NCBI GenBank assembly: GCA_046300675.1
Contig: JBKCLO010000103.1
Coordinates: 1,903 to 65,902 of the forward strand
DNA length: 64,000 nucleotides
From: Ignavibacteria bacterium
GTDB taxonomy: Bacteria > Bacteroidota > Ignavibacteria > Kapaibacteriales > Kapaibacteriaceae
Direction: 5' to 3'
In this document: positions 28,801-36,712 of the stretch, one piece after another
How the letters are laid out: every line of letters starts with the position of its first letter
Position numbering within the stretch: position 1 is the stretch's first letter
Notes under the pieces: model-generated
Databases searched by the model: none
Seen by the model: only the letters and a program-made list of their open reading frames with translations
What the model was told of the DNA's origin: nothing
Translations under genes and position numbers: made by a program

Positions 28801-29739
28801 AATGTTACTGTATCGCTGCTGGATGCTCGGCGCTCGATTACACTGCAGGATAACGATGTCAACAAGACAATCGTAAACTTTACAAAGCCCGGGCCAGCTC
28901 TCTATAGGGGTTCGTTTGTGGTAAAGGACGGAAGGTTTACTGCAACGTTTGTTGTGCCTAAAGACATTTCATTCTCGGCATCACCTGCAGGCCTGTATGC
29001 CTATGCGGCGAGCACGACGCAGCAGTTTGCCATGGGTATGACTGACAGGATCATCGTAGATGGTGTGACAAGCATCAGCGACCCGGAAATCGACGGACCA
29101 GACATGCAGGTCTTTATGGATTCCCGCAAGTTCCTCCCTGGCGGTATCGTGCGCATGAATCCGGTGCTGATTGTTGATCTTGAAGATCAGACAGGTATCA
29201 ACACCACAGGTATCGGCATTGGACATGATATTACTGCATCGTTCAACGACGATCCAGAGCAGATCATTCTTACGCCTACATTTACGACATCGCTTGCCAA
29301 CAGCAAGGCAGGAACTGCGCAGAAGCAGATCTTCGGACTCGGCGCCGGTCTTCATACTGTGAAGGTTCGTGCTTGGGACGTGCTGAATAACGTCTCCGAA
29401 ATGACAACCACATTCCGCATTCAAGAGCAAACCGAAGGAATCATTGCTGAGGGACTGTTCAATTTTCCAAATCCGTTCTCCTCAAGCACGACAATCCGCT
29501 ATACGCACGCCAGCCAGCGTCCGTTTACCGCAACACTCATGATCTTTGACCTTACAGGACGAATGCTCGTTGAGCGGGAAATGAATGTTACCGATATGCA
29601 GACTGCTGATATTGTATGGGATGGCCGAGACAGCAATCAAGATGCTGCGATGTCCGGTATCTACCAGGTTGTTGTCCGGTTGACCGATCAGAATGGGGCC
29701 ACGTCATATGTCAATGGTAAACTTACCCTCATTCGCTAA
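25852..29739 (+). CDS. porU: Type IX secretion system sortase PorU (peptidase C25) with C-terminal sorting domain
   Basis: EEGIYRLT, DPTAIRDFL, LAIGRVP, WIGHG (His) and TAATCDF (Cys), LLGDP, GINTTGIGIGH, AWDVLNN, NFPNPF; adjacent to porV. Confidence 0.92.
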   Translation: MTTLFVFCCALIATTSFAGVHQGFHLRASSAQRINVRYVSDTTMLVGPAMREHQSADGLHRQIIASADIIVPSESGFVVESQASTVWQGALQMPPLVHQQLREQRFPAIQNSAIEVKYLGVSADRHIARLSVVVAEQRGASPMIMYKQHEVSIGLKGQAVGGRPTPMMLSVLNPGAPYWIPRSEQRAAKVSEDAQADEQLTNVFAMRIVEEGIYRLTREQLRAAGIPTDADAARTIKVFGRGGMELPEAVDSAKANTLRQQPVIMRTEADGSVREILFYACGLAGWVQTPKGIAHTIHHFSTKANYYLSYGGADGMRTSLRKAAAAEPTVRPTTTTGRVFQEEELVHPYNSGSGRRWYGRSVENKGSLTLTTMLPGFVPSGDVLYKYVVGHRGNVQGYFTISENNTLVAQKSIDAVPDYMDAFTVSGSGTIPSSRIASDGRSVLKFSYNSSDNSSTGIIDWYEIHYPRNLNAIENTFEFWSASSDGVHEYSINGFSGELFGFDVTDRSRPVEIENTSVTGGLFVVKEEQRAGAPRRYFLSSTVRSTELSRISFPNLRSKPRAADVIVITHPALMESAEAFAAYRSGKGQLSTSIVTTDEIFAEFSYGMLDPTAIRDFLAMAFLTWTPRPQFAVLWGDGHFDYKNISSSAPNYVIPYESFDPDNEAYGLTTYTTDDYYARIIRNDTQVDLAIGRVPVSTNAQGKAYVSKVRAYEESSSTDDWRTRITLIADDSQAAEKNDGALHLNQSEDLANKFVPREFQAKKIYLIEYPTESVSRGRRKPAVTQELLSTVNTTGSVLLNWIGHGNPRVWAHEEIFRRETTPSDMQNAQKAFFLTAATCDFARYDMTETQSGAEELLLKPEGGAIGIFSAARVVYSTANAALNEEFYTHLFEREPNGQFPSVGVAMYRVKQRFNGNNDEKFHLLGDPTLQILVPDNRVRFSSINGRDIASDTSRVTVPALGTVVVEGQIIGSRDSSILDAFNGNVTVSLLDARRSITLQDNDVNKTIVNFTKPGPALYRGSFVVKDGRFTATFVVPKDISFSASPAGLYAYAASTTQQFAMGMTDRIIVDGVTSISDPEIDGPDMQVFMDSRKFLPGGIVRMNPVLIVDLEDQTGINTTGIGIGHDITASFNDDPEQIILTPTFTTSLANSKAGTAQKQIFGLGAGLHTVKVRAWDVLNNVSEMTTTFRIQEQTEGIIAEGLFNFPNPFSSSTTIRYTHASQRPFTATLMIFDLTGRMLVEREMNVTDMQTADIVWDGRDSNQDAAMSGIYQVVVRLTDQNGATSYVNGKLTLIR

Positions 29740-29769
29740 CTTTGCTTGTTAACGCTTACAGGAGATGAC

Positions 29770-30837
29770 ATGTTTATCCGCACCTGCGGGATCGTTGTAG
29801 CAGTATGTATGATGGCGGCAACTGCCGCGTTCGCCCAACCAGGCGGTGCAGCCGTGCCGTTCTTGCTGATCACACCTGATGCGCGCGCAAGCGCCATGGG
29901 GGATGTTGGTACAGCCACAACAGATGACATCAATTCTGTGTTTTGGAATCCAGGGGGCTTGGCATTTAACCAAGCCGATAATCAGGTGGCATTGAGCTAC
30001 TCGAAATGGCTGCCGCAGTTCAACGCCGACCTCTTTTACTCCTATGGTACCTATGGGCAGTATGTGGAAGATCTTGGTGGCACACTCGCTGCAACGTTCA
30101 TCTTCATGAATCTCGGAGAGTTCACCAAGACCAACGAGGCTGGACAGGCCCTAGGTAAGTTCCGCTCGAACGAATTCTGTCTTGGGGTTTCTTACGGTAC
30201 GGAAATCTCCGACGAGGTTGGCCTGGGTGTTCAGGTAAAGTACATTCAGTCGAATCTTGCACCTGCTAGCGTAGGCGCTTCTGGAGCTGGTATCGGCATT
30301 TCAGGGGCCTTCGACCTTGGTGTGATGTGGCGTCCACGCGATGAGTCCATTAAGGGGCTTAGTGTCGGTGCCAACCTGCAGAATGTTGGTCCGAAGATGA
30401 CCTATGACAAAGAATCAGACCCGCTGCCGACTAACCTGCGGCTTGGTGTTGCTTACAATGCCTACGAAGACGAGTTCCTGCGCTGGACAGTAACGGCCGA
30501 GGCAATGAAGCTGTTGGTTCGTCGTGACGGTAAGAATTCAGATCCTATTCCGATCTCACTCATCACCGCATGGGGCAAGGGCGGTATCGAAACTGGACTT
30601 GGTACAGAGCTTCTCATCGATAAAGTTTTTGCCACCCGACTGGGTTTCTTCACCGAGCCGTCAGCGGCCGGCGGCAGACAGTATTTCACAGCAGGTGCTG
30701 GTGTGAAGTACGACATTTTCCGCGCAGATTTCAGCTACTACATCACTGTTGAGCGTAACCACCCATTGGGCAACACACTTCGCTTCTCGCTTATCGTAGA
30801 TTGGGGCGAAGGCACAATGGACAGCGCAGACGGTTGA
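29770..30837 (+). CDS. porV: Type IX secretion system outer-membrane shuttle PorV
   Basis: AVPFLLITPDARASAMGD, WNP, SYSKWL, PLPTNLRLG, PLGNTLRFSL; start ATG 29770 after aggag. Confidence 0.92.
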   Translation: MFIRTCGIVVAVCMMAATAAFAQPGGAAVPFLLITPDARASAMGDVGTATTDDINSVFWNPGGLAFNQADNQVALSYSKWLPQFNADLFYSYGTYGQYVEDLGGTLAATFIFMNLGEFTKTNEAGQALGKFRSNEFCLGVSYGTEISDEVGLGVQVKYIQSNLAPASVGASGAGIGISGAFDLGVMWRPRDESIKGLSVGANLQNVGPKMTYDKESDPLPTNLRLGVAYNAYEDEFLRWTVTAEAMKLLVRRDGKNSDPIPISLITAWGKGGIETGLGTELLIDKVFATRLGFFTEPSAAGGRQYFTAGAGVKYDIFRADFSYYITVERNHPLGNTLRFSLIVDWGEGTMDSADG

Positions 30838-30864
30838 TGCAAGTGCAGCTACAGCGATTACGTA

Positions 30865-31479
30865 TCAAGCGGCGGACCCTTTGGTTCGCCGTTGTCGTTT
30901 TCGGATGATGATAATGCCAATTGCAACGATGATTAGCCCCGTGATGATCCATCCGTATGTGGCGATGTACGAGTCGATCTCCCGCCAGCGAGAACCGAAG
31001 TGGGTGCCAATCGTAAGCAGCATGTAATTCCATGCCAGCGAACTCAGTGTTGCATAGATCATCGTTCGTGGAAAGGGTAGCTTTACGATCCCTGCCGTAA
31101 ACGAGATCACGGCACGTGTTCCAGCCAGAAATCGATTCGACATGATAATCCAACCATGATAACGATCGAACCAACGCTTTACCTTGACGATCAATGGTGG
31201 TGTGATAAATGGCACCCACGGAGACTGCGCAATAGCTTCTCCATACTTCCGTCCGAGTCCATATGCCGAGGCAAAACCAGCAAAGGAACCAAGCGTAGCA
31301 GCAATCAGTGCCGACCATAGTCCCAAAATCTGCATGCCAACCAGAGTGCCGATAAAGACAAGCAGAACATCGCCAGGCCACGGTGGAATGAGATTCTCGA
31401 CATAGACCAAGGTGAACGTTGCAATCAGCAATGCCCATACCGGCCAGTCAGAAACAAGCGAAACAACGAATTCCAGCAT
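30865..31479 (-). CDS. DedA family membrane protein
   Basis: ENLIPPWPGD, RFLAGTR, AG... Confidence 0.9.
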   Translation of the reverse strand: MLEFVVSLVSDWPVWALLIATFTLVYVENLIPPWPGDVLLVFIGTLVGMQILGLWSALIAATLGSFAGFASAYGLGRKYGEAIAQSPWVPFITPPLIVKVKRWFDRYHGWIIMSNRFLAGTRAVISFTAGIVKLPFPRTMIYATLSSLAWNYMLLTIGTHFGSRWREIDSYIATYGWIITGLIIVAIGIIIIRKRQRRTKGSAA

Positions 31480-31555
31480 AGGACCTCAAGAACAATGCCA
31501 CCAACCTACAACAACGTGACGTAATTTTGCAGCCAATCATGTTTATGAGGATTCA

Positions 31556-33109
31556 ATGAAGCAGTTTGCAAACGAGACATTCCAGGATTTTTCAAAGCCA
31601 GCTGTGGCGGCCAAACAACGCGCAGCTCTTGATGCTGTGCACAAAGCCTTTGGGAAAGAGTATCCCAATATCATCAACGGCAAGAAGGTCGTAACCAAGC
31701 ATAAGACAACAAGTCACAATCCGGCAGATCCATCTGAGATCATCGGCGTGTTTCAAAAGTCTGGTAAGGACGATGCAGAAAAGGCAATGAATGCCGCACT
31801 CAAGGCGTTTGAGTCTTGGAAGCAGACGCCAGCAAAGAAGCGCGCAGATGTGCTCTTCAAGGCAGCGTCGATCATCCGCAAGCGTCGCAATGAGATCAAT
31901 GCATGGATGATCTCTGAGGTGGGCAAGAATTTTCTCGAGGCAGATGCTGATACATGCGAAGCGATTGACTTCCTGGAATTCTACGGACGCGAAATGCTGC
32001 GCCTTTCGGGACCGCAGCCTATCGTTGCGCAGCCAGGCGAGAAGAACGAGCTTCTCTATATCCCACTTGGCGTGGGGGTTGTTATTCCACCATGGAATTT
32101 CCCATTTGCAATCTTAGTCGGTATGTCATCAGCTGCGATTGTTGCAGGCAACACTGTTGTCCTGAAACCATCCAGTGATTCTCCGATGATGGGATGGTTG
32201 TTCGTTGAAATCATGAAGGAAGCTGGGCTTCCAGCCGGCGTGCTGAACTATCTCGTTGCATCAGGCGCAGAGGCAGGTGATTATCTCGTGGGGCATCCGA
32301 AGACACGCTTTGTGTCGTTTACTGGCTCGATGCAGGTTGGTCTTCATGTGAATGAACTTGCAGCCAAGACGCAGCCCGGGCAGATCTGGATCAAGCGCGT
32401 TGTTGCAGAGATGGGTGGTAAGGATGCGATCGTCGTCGACAGCGAAACGGATGTCGACACAGCTGTTGCCGGAGTCGTAGCAGCAGCCTTTGGCTTCCAA
32501 GGACAGAAGTGTTCGGCATGTTCGCGCGCCATCGTTGATGCGAAGATTTATGACGAGTTCGTGGCCAAGCTCAAGATCGAGGTAGATAAGCTTACCATCG
32601 GCCAGCCCAAGGATGATGGGCGCATCGGCCCCGTGGTATCTCCTCGTGCTGAGAAGACGATCCTCGAATACATTGAGATCGGTAAGAAGGAAGGCAAGCT
32701 CATCTGCGGTGGTAAGAAGGTTGCTGGTCTGCCAGGATACTTCATCGAACCTACGGTTATCGTTAACGTGAAGCCAACTTCGCGCATCATGCAGGAAGAG
32801 ATCTTTGGCCCGGTCCTAGCTGTGTGCAAGGCTAAAGACTTTGATGATGCTCTCAAGATCGCAAACAACACCATCTACGGTCTCACAGGTGCTGTCTACA
32901 CGCGCAATGCAAAGAAGCTCGCACGTGCACGTGAGGAATTCCATTGCGGCAACTTGTACCTGAATCGCAAGTGTACAGGTGCAATGGTCGGCGGACATCC
33001 GTTCGGTGGGTTCAACATGAGTGGTACAGACAGCAAAGCTGGTGGACACGACTACTTGCTGCTCTTCCTCCAAGCAAAGTCAGTTGCGACAAAGGTTAAG
33101 GGGCTATGA
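31556..33109 (+). CDS. pruA: L-glutamate gamma-semialdehyde (P5C) dehydrogenase
   Basis: EAIDFLEFY, PPWNFP, FTGS, EMGGK, FQGQKCSACSR, EEIFGP, GNLYLNRKCTGA; TAATTTTG at 31522-31529. Confidence 0.95.
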   Translation: MKQFANETFQDFSKPAVAAKQRAALDAVHKAFGKEYPNIINGKKVVTKHKTTSHNPADPSEIIGVFQKSGKDDAEKAMNAALKAFESWKQTPAKKRADVLFKAASIIRKRRNEINAWMISEVGKNFLEADADTCEAIDFLEFYGREMLRLSGPQPIVAQPGEKNELLYIPLGVGVVIPPWNFPFAILVGMSSAAIVAGNTVVLKPSSDSPMMGWLFVEIMKEAGLPAGVLNYLVASGAEAGDYLVGHPKTRFVSFTGSMQVGLHVNELAAKTQPGQIWIKRVVAEMGGKDAIVVDSETDVDTAVAGVVAAAFGFQGQKCSACSRAIVDAKIYDEFVAKLKIEVDKLTIGQPKDDGRIGPVVSPRAEKTILEYIEIGKKEGKLICGGKKVAGLPGYFIEPTVIVNVKPTSRIMQEEIFGPVLAVCKAKDFDDALKIANNTIYGLTGAVYTRNAKKLARAREEFHCGNLYLNRKCTGAMVGGHPFGGFNMSGTDSKAGGHDYLLLFLQAKSVATKVKGL

Positions 33110-33825
33110 GGTTCATAGCCCTTCTTGCGGCTCTATGCTCTGTATGTTCTGCTCAGGAGTACTCTGAGTTTCATGGCACCTTCATCCACTCGAAGTTTGT
33201 GGAGGTGTTGAATGAAACACGCTCGCTGCAGCGTGCACTAGCAGCTCGCCCCCTGACAGAGCCAGTCTACATGGTTATCGATTCTGCCAAGCCCAATGGA
33301 GAGGTCACTACAGCCTACACACTTGGCAGTGAGCAGCAGTTGCTGTGTCGCAAGTCATCGTTTGCGCATGCAGGAATCAAATGGGGAATCGGCAACGAGC
33401 AGGGTCCGTATTGGGTCTTGTCGCGCGATGAAAAGGCCGGATCGTACATTGCCTTAACACCCGCAGACAGCCTCGAAAAGCAGCCCATAGTGCTTGGAAA
33501 GCTGCCCTCAAAGAATTCCGATCCGATGTTTATCATCCGGCGTATGATAAACGCATCGATGCTCGCAGGGACCTGGGAGCTGGATCCAAAGAAGACCATC
33601 GAATTCACGAACAATCAATTCATGGTCATCAACGGCAAACCATTGCCGTATACCTTACAGTTCTCTCCCGATGGGGCTCGCATTACGCTTATCACAACGA
33701 GCGGACGTCCGCTCAAATGGGATGTTCAGCGCGATGGACCGAACCTGACAATGCGATCACTTCAGCAGCATAAGGGAACAGTATTGCCACGAGCAACTGC
33801 GAGGCTGAGGTTTCTTCGAAAATGA
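33106..33825 (+). CDS. Hypothetical exported protein
   Basis: ATGA overlap with pruA, short signal peptide (MRFIALLAALCSVCSA-Q); no family recognised. Confidence 0.65.
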   Translation: MRFIALLAALCSVCSAQEYSEFHGTFIHSKFVEVLNETRSLQRALAARPLTEPVYMVIDSAKPNGEVTTAYTLGSEQQLLCRKSSFAHAGIKWGIGNEQGPYWVLSRDEKAGSYIALTPADSLEKQPIVLGKLPSKNSDPMFIIRRMINASMLAGTWELDPKKTIEFTNNQFMVINGKPLPYTLQFSPDGARITLITTSGRPLKWDVQRDGPNLTMRSLQQHKGTVLPRATARLRFLRK

Positions 33826-33936
33826 TTGGGCGATAGCTAAGTGCCAGTCTTAACAGGTACTTGCTTTATGTTCAAGGTTTTTCCTATATTTGCGGCCCTT
33901 CAACACATCGACATTTCAATTTATCTCGAGATCGAC

Positions 33937-34320
33937 ATGCATCCTAAAGTCAAAGCCATTGAAACGATGGCAACGGCAGAAGCCTTTGAGCAGCGCCAGG
34001 CCAAGGCTGGCGAAGCTTCTCCAATCATCCCATCGTTCCGCCCGGGCGACACAGTGAAGATCGCTGTTCGCGTTGTGGAAGGTGAGAAAGAGCGTATTCA
34101 AAACTTCCAAGGCGTTGTTATCGCACGCCGTGGCAGTGGAATGAACGAAACATTCCGCGTTCGCAAGATCTCGAACGGTGTTGGTGTTGAGCGTATCTTC
34201 CCAATCCATTCGCCAATCATTCAGTCGATGCAGGTTGTCAAAGAAGGCACTGTGCGTCGTGCGAAGTTGTATTACCTGCGCGGAATGAGCGAGAAGAAGA
34301 TCCGTCAGAAGCTGTCATAA
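33937..34320 (+). CDS. rplS: 50S ribosomal protein L19
   Basis: [45 protein letters not shown]; start moved to ATG 33937, downstream of the TATATTTG motif at 33885-33892. Confidence 0.97.
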   Translation: MHPKVKAIETMATAEAFEQRQAKAGEASPIIPSFRPGDTVKIAVRVVEGEKERIQNFQGVVIARRGSGMNETFRVRKISNGVGVERIFPIHSPIIQSMQVVKEGTVRRAKLYYLRGMSEKKIRQKLS

Positions 34321-34350
34321 GCAACATTCTGCATACAAGAATCGTTATAC

Positions 34351-34383
34351 CATGGCCCCGGATAATCGGGGCCATGTTTGTTT
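34351..34383 (+). terminator. Hairpin/terminator after rplS
   Basis: catggccccg-gataat-cggggccatg followed by tttgttt. Confidence 0.75.
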
Positions 34384-34398
34384 CGTAAGGCACCAGAG

Positions 34399-35640
34399 AT
34401 GAACGTAGGACTCATCACGATCGGCGATGAAGTGCTCATTGGGCAGATCGTAAACCGCAATGCTGCTTGGATAGCAGAGAACGTGACCATGATTGGCGGC
34501 CGCGTTATAGAGCACTGTATTGTTGCCGATGATTCGGTGCAGCTTACATCTACGATCGAACGCCTGCGCACTTCGTGCAGTGTGCTGCTTCTTACCGGTG
34601 GGCTGGGACCAACACACGATGATATCACAAAGCCAGTTCTGGCAGGGTACTTCAACGACACGCTTGAAGTGTCGCAAGAATGGATGGATCATCTGCACGA
34701 GTGGATGCGTCAGCGAGGTAGAACAGTTACTGAACGTAATGCTGGTCAGGCGCTAAAACCAACCACAGCGCATCTCCTAACGAACCCGATAGGAACGGCA
34801 CCTGGATTACTGTTTGACAGAGATGGTATAGTCATCATTGCCATGCCGGGCGTTCCTAAAGAAATGCAGGGCATCATGCTAGACCATGTCCTACCGCTCA
34901 TGCGCCAGAGAATTGATGCTGCAGCGGAAGAGACAACAGAATACCTCACGCTTCTAACAACGGGAATTGCAGAAAGCAATCTCGCAGACGTTATCGGTGA
35001 TCCAACAGATTTCTTGGGTTCGTCTACGCTTGCCTTTCTGCCAAACTATCATGGTGTGCGCATGCGTATCGGTTCGCGAGGCAAAAGTTCTGATGAGCGA
35101 CGAGACGAGCTTTTCCGCGTGCGGGATGTCTTGATGTCGAAGGCAGGTAAATATGTTTATGGAGAAGGCGACGTAACCCTGGCGAGCGTTGTGGGCACTA
35201 TACTCAAAGAACAAGGCCACACGCTAGCGACTGCCGAATCATGTACCGGAGGCCTGCTCGGGTCCATGCTAACCGACGTTAACGGCTCGAGTAGTTGGTT
35301 CGTTGGCGGCTACATACCTTATGCCAACGAAGCTAAGGTGCGTGATCTAGGTCTACGGGAGTCTACCCTCGAGCAGTTCGGTGCCGTAAGTGAACAGACT
35401 GCAACCGAACTCAGTGAAGCGGCGCGGGCAAGGACAGGTGCAACCTATGCGATAAGCATTACGGGCATTGCCGGTCCCGGAGGTGGTAGTGTTGAAAAGC
35501 CGGTGGGTACGGTATGGATTTCCGTTGCTACACCAGCAAGAACGGTGACATTGTGCTACCATTTCGGCACCGACCGCAGAATCAACCGAGAACGTAGTGC
35601 TGGGGCTGCCCTGGGCATGCTGTGGAGATTGATCAAGTGA
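34399..35640 (+). CDS. cinA: Competence/damage-inducible protein CinA (MoCF domain + NMN deamidase PncC)
   Basis: IGDEVLIG, TGGLGPTHDDIT, GTAPG, PGVP.EM, AESCTGG, GAVS, TGIAGP.GG. Confidence 0.95.
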   Translation: MNVGLITIGDEVLIGQIVNRNAAWIAENVTMIGGRVIEHCIVADDSVQLTSTIERLRTSCSVLLLTGGLGPTHDDITKPVLAGYFNDTLEVSQEWMDHLHEWMRQRGRTVTERNAGQALKPTTAHLLTNPIGTAPGLLFDRDGIVIIAMPGVPKEMQGIMLDHVLPLMRQRIDAAAEETTEYLTLLTTGIAESNLADVIGDPTDFLGSSTLAFLPNYHGVRMRIGSRGKSSDERRDELFRVRDVLMSKAGKYVYGEGDVTLASVVGTILKEQGHTLATAESCTGGLLGSMLTDVNGSSSWFVGGYIPYANEAKVRDLGLRESTLEQFGAVSEQTATELSEAARARTGATYAISITGIAGPGGGSVEKPVGTVWISVATPARTVTLCYHFGTDRRINRERSAGAALGMLWRLIK

Positions 35641-36641
35641 TAGTACTCGGTATTGAAACTTCTTGTGATGATACGTCGGCTGCCATCGTCGAGAATGGTG
35701 TCGTGCGTTCGAACATCATCTCATCACAGACGATTCACAATACCTACGGAGGCATCGTTCCAGAGCTTGCATCTCGTGAGCACGTCAAAGGAATTGGTCC
35801 CATCGTGCAGGCAGCATTAGCAGAAGCAGGCCACGGCATTGGTGCAATCGATGCGATAGCTGTAACATACGGACCAGGATTAGCAGGATCGCTCCTGGTA
35901 GGAACGCACTTTGCAAAGGGGCTCGCACTTGCGCATGGTAAGCCCCTTTACCCAATTCATCATATCGAAGCACATCTATATTCCGGCTATCTCGAGCAGG
36001 CAGATCTTGTGTTTCCAAGCATTAGTCTTGTGGTAAGTGGCGGACACACCAGCATTTTCTTTATCGAAGACGTGGTCTCGTACAAGGTGCTCGGGTCAAC
36101 TTGCGACGATGCAGCAGGAGAGGCCTTTGATAAGGTTTCGAAGATGTTGGGACTGGGATACCCTGGCGGACCCGAGATAGATGCTCGTGCGTTGCATGGC
36201 AATGCAGCTGCATTTGATTTCCCTCGCGGATTGATGCATGACGGCACGTACGACTTCTCGTTCAGTGGACTGAAGACCTCGGTTCGCAGGGCACTCGACT
36301 TGCTCAAGAGCACAGGAGCAGAGGTGCCGGTAGATGACATCTGCGCATCCGTCCAGGAGGCCATTGTTGATGTGTTAGTCGAGAAAACATTGAGAGCGGC
36401 AAAGCAATACAGCGTCTCTGCTATCACGATATCGGGCGGTGTTAGTGCCAATTCGCGTCTCAGAGCTCGGATGCGCGAGCGAGCAGTTGCTCAGGATATC
36501 GCGGTTGTTGCGCCCCGCATCGGTTACTGCGTAGATAATGCAGCTATGATCGCACACATCGCTGAGTTGCGAATCAAGCATGGCGTTGAACCAGCATCGG
36601 CAGATTTTACGATCTCTCCAAAAGCACTACGAACGGTGTAA
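35637..36641 (+). CDS. tsaD: tRNA N6-threonylcarbamoyladenosine synthesis protein TsaD
   Basis: LGIETSCDDT, GGIVPELASREH, HHIEAH, SGGHT, DDAAGEAFDK, FSFSGLK, DNAAMI; GTGA overlap with cinA. Confidence 0.97.
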   Translation: MIVLGIETSCDDTSAAIVENGVVRSNIISSQTIHNTYGGIVPELASREHVKGIGPIVQAALAEAGHGIGAIDAIAVTYGPGLAGSLLVGTHFAKGLALAHGKPLYPIHHIEAHLYSGYLEQADLVFPSISLVVSGGHTSIFFIEDVVSYKVLGSTCDDAAGEAFDKVSKMLGLGYPGGPEIDARALHGNAAAFDFPRGLMHDGTYDFSFSGLKTSVRRALDLLKSTGAEVPVDDICASVQEAIVDVLVEKTLRAAKQYSVSAITISGGVSANSRLRARMRERAVAQDIAVVAPRIGYCVDNAAMIAHIAELRIKHGVEPASADFTISPKALRTV

Positions 36642-36647
36642 CGAACG

Positions 36648-36677
36648 ATGTCCGACAGAGCATACTCTGCCGGACAT
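36648..36677. terminator. Hairpin between convergent tsaD and OmpA-family genes
   Basis: atgtccgacagag-cata-ctctgccggacat (one mismatch); no clear T tract. Confidence 0.5.
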
Positions 36678-36712
36678 GTTCGCATGTTGCATATCTGTAG
36701 TTCCGAGACGAA

